From contig NW_026515669.1 of NCBI RefSeq assembly GCF_025526975.1, positions 1 to 64,000 of the forward strand: a DNA stretch of 64,000 nucleotides, in the 5' to 3' direction. This stretch comes from Fimicolochytrium jonesii. Its lineage: Eukaryota. The notes beneath the pieces were generated by a model that was given only the letters and a program-made list of their open reading frames with translations, made no database searches and was not told the DNA's origin. Below are positions 34,901 through 47,210 of the stretch, piece by piece; positions within the stretch are counted from its first letter, which is position 1, and the number at the start of each line of letters is the position of its first letter. The position numbers were made by a program, and so were the translations under genes.

Positions 34901-37550
34901 GTGAACGCACCATTGCTCAAAGACCGGCGTAATATCAAGACTCAGAAGTCCGTTTCCGGTAGTGGATCCCATCTGTCAGACAGGAAGACAAGGTCAAACT
35001 TTCTGCAACACCCGTCGAATTGTTTGCTTCAGCTACTTACGAGTTGTAAGCTTCCGCTTTCTGATTCGGCGAGTACTGATCGAATTTAAACCGGCCAATG
35101 CAAAAGTCTGATTTTGACCAGCGACTTTCTTTTTGAAGACACCAATTGCCTGTGTAATTTACTCCAATCTCGTTGTTTCTGTGGGGTTCAAAGGAAACCC
35201 CCGTTAGCGTTTATTCCAAGTCCATTGCGCCTGGAAACCAACCCGAAAGAGAACAGGGTGGCTACTGGGCCGTCCGAATAGAAATGGTATGACCAAAATT
35301 CAATCGTCTCATGTAATAAAGCGATGATTAATGTCAACTTCTTGGGGGAATTATTGCGTTGATTCTCTCTTACGTATTCTCCGTAATCCGCAGTATCGAA
35401 AGAAAAATCCTGGAAAGCAGCTTTCAGTCAGATATCCTCCAATTTGAGCAAAACTGCTTTGCAAAAGCTACCTTGGCGTATGCGTAGTCATCCCCTGCCA
35501 TGTAGATTACAACGTTAACTGATTTATGACAGATTTATGACTGATTTATGACGTAGCTTTTATACTTACCGTCGCAATAGAAGACTCCGCCACCATCGCC
35601 TACAATGGGTTTGCGATTCGTCTTGACGTAAGCGTTTACGGTCATTACCGAGGACGTCGTGGAGCCGTCCGACACAGTGTACTGAAATCTACATATGTCC
35701 GAGACTGGTGCACCGCTGGGAGCCGCGGGAGATATCATATTGACTTCTTTGTCGGCTGAGAAGGTGCTGGACACAGTGGACAGTGCAGTGCCCCCAGATG
35801 CTTGCAACGTCAATACGGTGCTACCGCTCCCACAGCTCGGCAGTGATGTAAGCCTGATGGTGAGTCCAGAGGCAGCACCTGGTTGTACCAGCGATATTTG
35901 AGCTACATGTTGGAAAAGAGATGACCGACTCTAAGCCATGACATGATCGTCCTTGTTCTGTCCTGAAGCGCAAGGGCCCATTCACACCTGATCCTGCTGC
36001 CGCTGATGTCCTCGTAACACTCGCGACAATGCTGCTCCCTCGGATTGGGGCTGTAGACGGCACATATTTCGGTGCGCCTCGTATTGTGTTTGACTGTTCA
36101 TATCGTCAGCATCCTGTCGATTTGGAGGGACTCGGATGATCCTTACCATTTTCATATTATAACGTTGCGCAGATAAGTCCTGAGAAGGGGGAAACGGTTG
36201 TGGGAGACTGTTTAAAACGTCCCCGAGTCCGGATTCAACCTCAACTATATGGAAAGACCAGTATCCTACAGTCAGCCAAAATTCCCGAGCAGGGTCGTAA
36301 TTGTCGAGGTTGTAATAAAACACAGTGTTCGTAATTTCGGAGGTGGTTAATGGACGGTTCATCGCCGCTTGAATTTCGCTCTGCGGGCATGAATAATGCG
36401 CTTTCAAAAATTGGTATAACGACGAAAACAATCATGCAGAGAATCAGTGCGGCAACCTGAGTCCGAGGTACATTCCAGAGGCGAATCTCGTCCATCTCCC
36501 CATCAAATGGTGAGAATGGTGTGCTTCTCTTGGACAAGCCTAAAAGGAAAGTGATTAATCTCTTGTACCATCATCAGAATTCAGAATCGACTTGCCTATT
36601 GAGAACGACCCGCCTGCGATCCTGAAAGGGGACGTTGACGTCAAAGTGCACGTGTACGATTCCAGTACGTTTCCGTCTCCATATAATGTCATCTTCTTGT
36701 TGAAAGCGTCAAAAACGGCAGCAACGTGACTGCAACGTTGCAACGTTGCTGGGGATGAGCAACAACAGCAACCAACATCTTTCACACTACATAGCGCATA
36801 CTCACTGCCAAGCTGGGGCCCAAGTTTTCCCTGGAGGTACCGGAAGAACATTGCCAAATGTGCTCCAAACGCTGGAGTTAGATCGCAGTTCGCCTCCACA
36901 GGGATCGGCCCCCGCTGCCAAACTAGTTGTCGAGAGAGACAATGCGCCTTTATCGGCGACCTTGAAGACCAGCTGGGGAGAGGTTGCTAGAAGATTAATA
37001 AGTTAGCAAGAGTTCCTGGCAGGCTACCGGAATGTATCTCTTACCATCGTCGGTATTGTACGTTTCGAAAATGGTCCAACAACAGTCTCGGTCTTGGTTG
37101 TGGCCAGGCTTCACCCACGCTTCGATAGTGAATGCTAAACGGGGATGGCGTTATCCAGAATGCTGCACAGTGTGAAATGTGTCGATGCTTACAACTGAGG
37201 GCGGACCATAAGTCCAATGGGGATTCCCAAGCCGCCTGCACAGAATCAAAGTTTTCGAGGAAAATGATAGAATTTTTTGCGGTTGTCATTATTGGAGAAG
37301 TGGCCCCAATTTTCTTGACAGCAATTTTCGAAAAACGTACCTTTTGATATATTTGATTTCCATCTTGCCCGGCAAAAACTCCTTTCAACATCAAGGTGCG
37401 ATACGACAGTTCTTGCGAATAGACATCCTCCGATGAAAAGGAGAGTGCCCAACCGGCCCCACCAACGAGAGAGGGGTTCAGGGCCGCTTGGCTGCTTGCC
37501 ACTGAAAGCCAGAATATCACGATTCCGCTCACCACCGCTCTGGCCACCAT
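31958..37550 (-). CDS. Multi-exon class C (7TM_3, GABA-B-like) GPCR with LamG-like and cadherin-like ectodomain, Cys-rich linker and C-terminal PH-like domain
   Basis: Signal peptide [22 protein letters not shown]; LamG-like [40 protein letters not shown] and [79 protein letters not shown]. Confidence 0.85.
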
Positions 37551-38177
37551 CTTGGTAGACACCGATGATAGCGAGTTAATGACTATTGTACGCTGTGTCT
37601 TTCAGTTTCCCACAAAGGAGTTCTTTCCGGGGAAGACGACACTGGTTGAGAACTATCAATTCGTCAAGAACCGGAGGACGAATTGACGGCATTGGCCTAT
37701 GATTACGGAAAACCGACAGCGCGATTTATCTCGTAAGCAATTCTCCGGTACTCCTTTCTCGGGCTTGGTGACGCTGATGACTAAACTTGACAATTGAATG
37801 CCGATCGTGGTATTACAACTTCATACTCTTCCCCGTCAAACTCTGGGCCACTAGTCGCATTCCTGGTGCTACCAGACGAGTGATCATGCAGTCCGGTCAA
37901 CAATCAACCCGTCAGATCAGGGTCTAGCATCTACCTACTGTTACCTACTAGTACCGACGTACCAGCGTAGGCGGTTTAGCTGGCTGCCCGACCAAAGACA
38001 TTGCCGTGGTCCGACGTTTTTCAAACCTTATTTGCAAATAATACGCCCTTCCTGTGGAAAACTTGCCCTAAAACCCACCGCTCCACTTCCGCGTCTCAGT
38101 TTCCTTCTATTAATCGACTTGTTTCTGCGAAACTGGCCGAACACGAGTAGAAAGAGAACGAATTGAAGCCGAGAGAT

Positions 38178-40646
38178 ATGGAGAGCTCCAGCAAAGTCAG
38201 CCTGAAAGAAGGCCCTAATATTGGCGAACTCGCGCAGGAATCAAGTCATAGAAACAAGGGAACTTGGGTACCGGCCATACCTTTGACGCTATTGGCGCCT
38301 GTGTTGATTGGTCTTGCTTTGTTGGGCGTATTGCTTCCGGTGAGACTGTTAGAGGGGGTTAGCGACCACTTCTTCGTCTCCCAGGTTCTGATGAGCTCAC
38401 GTCTGGACTACGCACCTATAGAATACTATCATCTTGACCAATGCAAGTAACGAAACTGCAGCCCTTGTTACCGAGAAGTATTTTACATCTGTTATTTCAG
38501 ATGTAAGCGCTATTTGACGTTTTAGGAAGGAAAATATCACAAGGTTGACCTACTAACTTTGAATTTCTTCTTGCAAGGTCACCTTTCGGTGCAAAGCGCC
38601 TATCAGCGCCCTTTTGCCAATCGTCCAGATCGCGACTACCATACCTGACCTTGCGGACATGTTTGCAGCACGTAAGTAGCGGACAATATGTTTCCAGTTC
38701 TAATGCCATACCTTTGACGCTATTGGCGCCTGTGTCGATTGGTCTTCCTTTGTTGGGTAGCAACATGGCGCGCTTTCCAGACTGCGCGCGGCGCTCCCGA
38801 ACAACTCGCCATCTTAAGGGAGAAGAACGGCATCGATGTCCTGGTATGCTCAGGGGCTCGCTACAGATCCGGATGCAATAATGCGTAGGTGCACTATGTG
38901 CCACAACCACTACCGCATTTTATTCTCAGCAGTGCTCTCACATTCAGAAATACCCCGATTTTGAACGACACATGCGTTATCCGAGGCATGGTACGAGAGA
39001 GAGCAAAACTTTCGGTCGTAAAGGCATTCCTAAAACCTATTTCCAGATGCAATCTATCGAACACCCAGCGACCCACAAGGGTGCCATTGCAGTAGTGGAC
39101 GACGATCCTCGTAAGTTCGATCATCGTATCACTCCTTTTGCCGTCCGGCGAGCCCATTAACGTGATGCAATCCGCAGCGATATCCAATTTCGCCATGCGC
39201 GGATACACATTGGATCCAACCAGTATGATTGGAGCGTTAAATCGTTACATGTAATCTGTTGCTGAAGCTTGGCCCTTCTCCTCGATTAGCTCGGAAAGTG
39301 ATGAACCCCGCAGAAAATGACACGTTCCCATTCACCGACTATTCGCCTGTTATGATCATGATGTTGAACAAATCTATTGTAGTCCCGCAACCGTTTTTCT
39401 TCAGTAAGATCGGAAGCTGAAGTCTTCGGCTGGGCATGGTTCGCGAATCTCTACTGACCGGTCATCTATCATAGTCAACAAAGTCACTGGACTTGGGTTG
39501 AAAACGGCATACACGATTCTCGTTCGGATGGATTCTGTCACCGGCCTTCCGTCCTACGGGTGCGGTGCTGGAGTCAATGTGGATAACTCCTGGATCACGA
39601 TGCTTCAAAAAATCAAGCCCATGGAACAAAGCAGTACGTGTCCGCTAGTTGAAGATATGAGACTTCGTTGAGCGGGATCTAACCGTCACGTCCGGTAGTC
39701 GTAGCACTGTTGGAGCTTCAGGACCTCTTCCGTGCCACCAATTTCTCAGTACTGTCCAGTAGCGAAATGATTACGGCGGGTGTCACTTTTGATGCCAGTG
39801 GAAATCCCAAGTACGGCACGGCCGCTGTGGATGAAAGGACGGCCAAGCTTCGGCTTGAAGTCATGCAAAAGTTTCCCACCATTGCAGCTGCTACGGCAGC
39901 TGCCGCGCAGCAAGCGAGCTTCGAGATTGACCTCGACAATAAAAGATTTATAACTACGCTGGGAATGGCTCAACTGGCATTTAACTACAAAGTGCTTGTA
40001 GTCGTTACGCTACCCAGAGACGAGGTGAATTTCTTTGACGATTTGCACAGCTATCTTTACAGGTTGTAATAGGAATGCTGATCCTTCCCATGCGCGAATT
40101 GTAGATTTATGGCAAGATCGACGCTGCACGCACTAAAAGCAGCACTACTTCTATCGGCATCAGTATTGGAGTGACTTTGGCGATTGCCGGGATCTTTGTG
40201 GTAGCCGTACTTCCGCTGTTCTCGCTGGCTAAGCAGATGGAAGGCTTGACAAAGCTGGACTTTGGAACTCTCGAATCGTCTGGAGCTCTGGACGCTCGCT
40301 CATGGGTGTGGGAGGTAACGCACTTCAGGAATCCGTAGCCATCATGGATTTGGCTCGCAACTAACTATCGTCTCCACATGTACACCATAGTTACGCAAAG
40401 TCCAGATTGTTTTTGGAACCATGGTGAAAGCATTGTAAGTCGCTTCCATTGCATATGCGAAATTGAGGCGGTTCGGCGAGGTTTCTAATCCCATTACCTC
40501 GTCAAATCAGTGCCGGGGCCATCAAGAAAAACAAAGCAATGATGGGCAAACAAAGCGGCACGAGCGGAACCACATCAAAGCACGGTCAAGGTAACGCAAG
40601 CGATCAAAAGAAAGCTCCCCCGCTGCGTACAGCCGATAACGTGTAG
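38178..40646 (+). CDS. Multi-exon membrane sensor: TM - extracellular (Cache-like) - TM - HAMP - short tail
   Basis: TM1 AIPLTLLAPVLIGLALLGVLLP; VLVVVTLPRDE|IYGKID; TM2 IGISIGVTLAIAGIFVVAVL; HAMP-like PLFSLAKQMEGLTKLDF..WE|LRKVQIVFGTMVKAF; TAG at 40644-40646. Middle exons are uncertain. Confidence 0.65.
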
Positions 40647-41439
40647 GGCTGAGGACATAAAGAGCGGAAGAGGGCGAAAGCTGTCTAAACCCTCCCCTCC
40701 CCATTACAAAAGCAAAAGCACACATAGATCTTCTGTTCCCAGTGATTTTACATCCCTACCTGATGCTCGCAAATAACAGAAATGAACCCCCAGACGCTTC
40801 CGGAGTACCTGGAGCAGGGCCAGTCTTACTTTCCGTTCGAAGTGGGCTGGCATCTTGAGTTATCAGTATATCTGAGTGGATTCAAGCTCTTCGCTCAAAA
40901 TTCAAGGCGAATGATATTCGCTCTGATGCATGCCGCTTTGTTCAGTCAGTTCAGCGGCTTAGCAGGCTGAGTGTTGCTGGAGAATGCTCAGCGAGGGAAT
41001 TTTTCGACAGGAGAGCCGTTACTTCATCGACGACACCATCGTCAGCACAGTTTCCAACACAACCAAATTCAAACACGAGAAACGCACACCAAACTCCAAC
41101 TCCGTGACAGAGTCATGCTGCATGCAGTAACGGAAATGGATTGCGTATACACCAAGAGAAAGGGGCAGAAAAGGGCTGTGCCAGTTCAGGCATATGAAAT
41201 TGCAAACAAATATGGATATGAAGGAAGGATGCGCGACAGAAATCAGCAAATGCACGAGAGAATACCCCCATCATACGCCAAACGGATCTAGCTATTAGCA
41301 GCAAGGTGGCACGGGCCCCGTTGAAGGCAACCAGATTGAGCCTCAACGAGGCAGAAGGGTGAGTACGTCTTCTTGTCCCTCCCAATACGCCACATTTAAC
41401 ACACTGAGATCACGGGAGCACTATGGGGCCGATCCAGTG

Positions 41440-43850
41440 ATGTCCAATACCGGATCTGGTGCATCAACCGTACTAGTACCCTCCCCTCCAATGCTTGGAC
41501 CTGTTGCACTTGTTCATGCGATGTCTACGGCATCGGAGCTCGAGGGGGTGAAGCTACGATACGGCCAACCAAGCGTGTCCTTGCCTTCGAACCGGCGCCT
41601 CGCGGTGCATTGGGACCTACACCTGGTCTCTTCTCGGCGGGTGGCTTTTTGGGAGCGGATGCCTCTTTGCGGCCGGTCTCTTCTTTTTCTCGGATGCTTC
41701 GCCAGTCGCGGAGGCGGCGACGGATGCTTCAGCGGTCACTGCCAATGGTTCTGCCGATGGTGATTCGTTGCGGCAGGTTCGGTGGTAATTCGGCAGGTTC
41801 GGAAGGATTCGGCGCGCGCAACCTTCAGACCTTCGCGCGGTCGTTTCGACGCCCTTTTCCTCAGAATTCAACGCTCAGATCTTCACTTCATACGTGTAAC
41901 TTTACCTAACTTTGTTTATTCTTGTGTTTCCCTTTTAAACTCCGACGCGTATTAGTAAGCCACAGCACAAGTCACGTGTCGATCATTGTTTTTAACCACT
42001 GGCGGTTTCCTCTCTTCCGCTTTTTGGCAGGGAAGAAGAACCCTCTTTCTCTTCGTCCCTCCTCCGTCCTGCATTTCAAGTATTCCCCTCAACAGTATGT
42101 CAGTTTCTGCGATCCTTACCGTCACCGCCTCCGAATATGGGAACCGCACAGGCAACGTAATCGATCCCGCCCAGGCCAATTTTGACACCGTCGTCTTTTG
42201 GTTTGCCCTTGACAAACTGCGACGTCATCGTCACTGGAAACTAGACGGCCATGTACATTTCGTATACCGCGGCGCAACGTCGGAGACGCCACGTCCGTCT
42301 ATGGATAATGTGATTCTTACCCCTCCGACAACGGTCAATTTGACAGGACGGCATCGTGCGATTTTTACAGCCATAAGAGACCCCCATATACAGGAAGACT
42401 GTTTTCTTTGTCACAACTCTCGAAGTATTCCCGGCTGGCATGGTAATGAATATCTATAAAGGTGTTTGCATATGCTTGTTTTTGTGTTTCCGAGAAATTG
42501 ACTCTGGCTTCTCACAGCTTTTGACACCATGAAAGCTGCCGAGACTGAGAGCCAAGAGGAACCGGCTCCGGCCACTGAAGTTAAACCTACTCTGGCGGTG
42601 GGGTTTGTACGGAGAATGTCCGAAACCGCCGTGCAGGATATTATTCCTGTTATCCAAAGCATAGCCGGCACCCCGGGTGCGGTAGCCAGTGCAGTTGCGG
42701 ATACGTTTCGTCACCCTATCGGAACGTTGCAAGAAGTCCAAGCCGCCGTGCAGGATATTCTTCCTGTTATCCAAGATATAGCCAGTTCCCCGCTACAGGT
42801 GGTAACTCAAGCGTACGACAACGTATCTGCCACAGCTACCAGGCTTGGTGCTCTGAGGATCAGTGCAACGGAACCTTGGGTAAGAACGCCGTTTCCGGTC
42901 ATGTTCCCAATTTACGTTTTTGACTGACGTGTTTTCATTCAGAGTTTTCTCGACGACCTTGTTGAAGATACTGGGGCAGAAGACCCAGCCGAATCGGACA
43001 ATGAATTTGAAGACGCTCTTCCATCTGCCCCCAACATCAGTGCGGATTTGCAGGTGTTGTTTACGTCGCTGACCACGTTCATCGACCATCGTCTCGGAAG
43101 ACTCCGGAACGATATTGGGAGTTTGTTTGAATACGTTGCACGAGGCCAAATCTTGACTCGTGTTCAGAGCATTTTCGGCATTGAGACAATGAACCCGGAG
43201 GGAGTCAGAGTGCAAGGACGGGAATTCACATGGGAAGGTAATGTACCTCAAGTGACATCTCACTGCCCTGCTTGGAATACTCAATATCGTCTGGGTTAGA
43301 TAATATGTCCTCTTTCCGACTACTTTGGACGGCCTTAACACAAAAGTATCAAGCGCAATGGGGAACGAACGAAATCCCTGTCAAGTCTAGACCTCGGAGC
43401 CTTGAGATAAACTTTTTGTACTTTTGCTATCATTCCGGCACGCCAGGCAAACCCATAATTTCCCCACCTACGGCTGTTCCACGCACCCCTCTTGACCAAG
43501 ACTTTGAGGCGTCCCGTTCGGTAACCGGCATGTCAGCTATAATGAAGGCCGTCGGAAAACAAGAACCCAACGTAGTCATGGTCGGAGAACTTACCACGAG
43601 CGAACTCCTTCTAAATAACAAGGCTACAAGAAGAAAGCTTGGACAATTGGAACGTGGTATCGTCTTCCTTTGCATTCATTATAAGATCAAGCCTAATCGG
43701 ATTTTTGCATTCCTTCACACACTTCGACCCCTCCGGCAGGGCGCCCGTGCGTTCCGTGACGAGCTGTTTGGACCCGATGGATTTGGGTTATCATTTCCCA
43801 TACTTGCGCGAATGAGTAGGGAAGAAAGGTTTTTGGTATTGCCCCCGTGA
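41440..43850 (+). CDS. Multi-exon hypothetical protein with a possible C-terminal PD-(D/E)xK-like domain
   Basis: GT-AG introns link the ORFs at 41986, 42529, 43048 and 43272; C-terminal LEINFL..VMVGELTT..KLGQLER. Start uncertain. Confidence 0.45.
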
Positions 43851-44019
43851 AGTTGTGTGTGTGCATGTAGTTAGTTCTAAACACGGGATATGTCCTTTGC
43901 GAGATTGTACAACAATAGTTTTTTGGTTACTTCCTGCTCCTCTTGTTTTCTTATACTCTATACTCTGGCAAAACTAGACTCTTACCAGCATTAATCGTCT
44001 ACTTTAGCGTGTGTTCGCA

Positions 44020-44165
44020 GCAACCAATCAGACGCGTTCTTACTCTTACCAACCGGTAGCACACGCATACGGTGCAGAGAGCGCCCAACGCGTCCGTACC
44101 ATCTCGTACAGCAATCTACTGACCCCGCCCGGAATCTACTCGATCTACCTCTCTCTCCTATAAAC
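44020..44165 (+). promoter_or_regulatory. H2B promoter elements
   Basis: AACCAATCA (CCAAT box) at ~44022 and CTATAAA at ~44158, upstream of ATG 44186. Confidence 0.45.
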
Positions 44166-44185
44166 TACTATCCACCCTGACAACC

Positions 44186-44955
44186 ATGCCTCCCAAGGAA
44201 ACCAACACCGCCACCGCTCCCGCCAAGGGCGAGAAGAAGGTACGTTACTGCTGTGCCCGAAATTCTCGTGGACACCGCCAATCTGCGCCCATTTCCCCGA
44301 ATTCGATCTAGATTAGCCACCTAATAGACTCACTTTACTCACTTCTTCCATCCTTTTTCTTTCGCTTTCCTCTCATAGCCTGCTGGAAAGGCCCCTGCTA
44401 AGAGCACTCCCTCCTCCGGCGAGAAGAAAACTGGTGGCAAGAGGAAGACTATCCGTCGGGAGACCTACTCTACCTATATCTACAAGGTCCTTAAGCAGGT
44501 TCGTGTCTGGTCCCTTCGTCCAATTTTTTTCTTCAACTTTGGAGAATTAGTATTATCCTTTTTCGGTTTTCTTCAGTTCCAATTCGAAATTTCGATTTCA
44601 ATTTGCTGACTATCTATCTGGAAATTTAGGTCCACCCCGACACCGGAATCTCAAACAAAGCAATGTCCATCATGAACTCCTTCGTCAACGACATCTTTGA
44701 GCGTATTGCCGGAGAGGCCTCGAAGCTCGCCGCGTACAACAAGCGTTCCACCATTTCCTCCCGCGAGATTCAGACTGCTGTGCGTCTCATCCTCCCTGGA
44801 GAACTTGCCAAGCACGCTGTTTCTGAGGGCACCAAGTACGTTTTCTTTCGTTCGTCGGCAAGTTATCACATGACCTTATGGACTCACCTGACTTCTCCTA
44901 TTTCCTTTGATCTTCTGCTGTCAGGGCCGTTACCAAATACCAGAGCTCCAAGTAG
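44186..44955 (+). CDS. H2B: Histone H2B, 4 exons
   Basis: Exons 44186-44239, 44379-44498, 44630-44835 and 44925-44955; [58 protein letters not shown]. Confidence 0.98.
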
Positions 44956-45549
44956 TGACGGGGATATATATCCGAAAGTTTTGAGATATGCACTCGTGTT
45001 TTCTTCAGCACGTCAGAGGTGCTTCTTGTTGTTGTAGATATGGTCTTTGAAAAGTCTTTGGAATGAAAGAGAGAATGCCAAAATTGAGCATCTTGGGAAG
45101 ACCGAAGATCAGAGCACAACTTGGGATGAAAGTGTGTGCTCCTGCGTCTAAACACAACGTCGGCCGCGCGGTATATGACCAATAGAAGCGTCCCACCACT
45201 CTTGAGCGACTGGAAGATGCCAGACAGCATCGGGAATGCCAATGGGAGTGGGCGTGGGATCCAGGGTGGAGGGGTGGGCAGCCCTTGGACGAGGACCAGG
45301 CATCGGATGTGGGTCTGGGTATGGGAGACAAGGTGGATGGGGCGGGAGGAGAGGCAGGTTCCAGTGCAGGTGGAAGACGAGGAGGAGGAAGACGATATGT
45401 TTGCGTAGATTTGTGTGTTATATGCGGGATTTCTTTGCGCGCTTTTAGAGTTTTGGATTTCGCCGGAGGGAATTGTGTATGGTACAGTTGAGTGGGTTCG
45501 AAGGCGTTGCCGCCCGACGTATGTGCCATGTTGATGTTTTTTGGACATC

Positions 45550-46884
45550 CTACAGTTTAGAAAACACAGGCTTAGTCTTGCTCAACGTCGCTTGCATCGC
45601 GATCGGAATGTCCTACAGAAGATATAATGAGAAAGGGATTCATAACCCCGCTTTCTCCCCCTTCTCAACCTGACAAACCTCAGTCTGCGTCATAGCCATA
45701 TTCCACACCGCGACATACTTCAGCCCCTCGGCAACGGTATGGTCGCGCGAGTAGTTGAGCACCTCTTTTGTGCCTAGGACCGCGATCGGGGATTTGGACG
45801 CTATGAGGGTTGCCAGCTTTACTGCTTCCGCTGAGAGCGAGAGAGAGACAGGCAAATCATTACAAATGAGATTAGGCGCAAACAAAATATATGATTGTAA
45901 CTCACCCATAAGTCGATCCGGACCCCCTTCAACAACCCTCGCCAACCCCATCCGCTCCGCCTCCGCCGCATCGAAATTCCTCGCAGTATACGCAATCTCG
46001 CGCACCCAGCTGTCGTTGCCGACGACTTTCGGTAACCGTTGGAGCGTCCCGACGTCTGCGGCGAGCCCAATGTCGACTTCCTTGAGGGAGAAGAAGGCGT
46101 CGGGGGAGGCGAGGCGGATGTCGCAGGCGGTTATTAGGTCGAGGCCTGGGGGAATCGAAGACAGGGAGGTGGGATGAGTGAGGGATGAATGATGGACGGG
46201 CGACGGACGGAATGAATGATACCCCGCTCCCTCCGCTCGCGACAAGGGGGTTGCGCTGCTCTCCATCGCGATACATACCAGCCCCAATACAAGCCCCCCT
46301 AACAGCCGCAATCACCGGTTGCGGACACCTCTCAACCGCCGAAAACGCCTCCTGCATCCCCTCCACAAGCTCCTTAAACACCAACGCCCTCCTCGCCCCA
46401 TCCTTGTCCTCTCCATCACCAGCTAGACTCGCGAAATCTTTCAGGTCGAGGCCAGCGGTGAAGATGGGGGAAACGCCGCCGGAGATGATGATGCAGCGTG
46501 TGGAAGTGTCGGTGCGGAGGCGCGTGAAGAGGTGCAAGCATTCGCGCCAGAATCTGGGAGGGAAGTGGGAGGGTGAGATATGACGAGGGTGGGTGACGTT
46601 TGGCTCAGGGGGAGGAGGTCGTTTGCGTTGCTTTGGGAGCCCAGGCCGTGCGCGATAACTGTGAGGGGGCATCGAGCGGTTCTCTTCATCACACTCGCCC
46701 CTGTTGCCCTCCGCAGCCACTCCCCATCATCGTGTATCGCCTCCCAGTGTCACAATAAACACACAATACTCCATACCTACACTTTATTCATAGCATTCCG
46801 CTGAGCGGGCCTGTTAAGCGCGACGTGAAGCACGCCCGGCGCGACGGTCGAGGTGAGGAGGGTGGTGTAGCTTGCGTCTGACAT
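45550..46884 (-). CDS. ECH1: Delta(3,5)-delta(2,4)-dienoyl-CoA isomerase (crotonase fold), peroxisomal
   Basis: LNRPAQRNAMN, FTAGLDL, GACIGAG|LDLITACDIR, KEVDIGLAADVGTLQRLPKVVG; last exon ends PVFSKL* (PTS1). Confidence 0.92.
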
Positions 46885-47210
46885 TGTGTTGCTGAGAGGG
46901 TAGTCGGTTGTTGCGTTTATGCGCCGTTGCGATGGGTAGGATGGGATAAGGGATGGTGAGGACGAAGGCTTGTCGCTCGATCTCTTCTCGGGATGGTGGG
47001 TTGTCCTTTTATAATATATATGACGGTTGAGACTTGGGAAGTTGGGAGGTTCTCACCCGCGACGCGTGACATCTTGCGGAAGCGGCTTCCCCTTCGGAGA
47101 GCAAGCAGGCATAACCCCCCGGATATATGGTTTCAACAGGGGTACACACCCGCCGGGTATATCATATACACAACGTAACACCGTACGGTCGTATCCTATG
47201 CACGGATCAT

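Noticed and set aside
40971..41291. Possible Zn-cluster remnant (CVYTKRKGQKR)
   Set aside because: The required cysteine pattern is absent.
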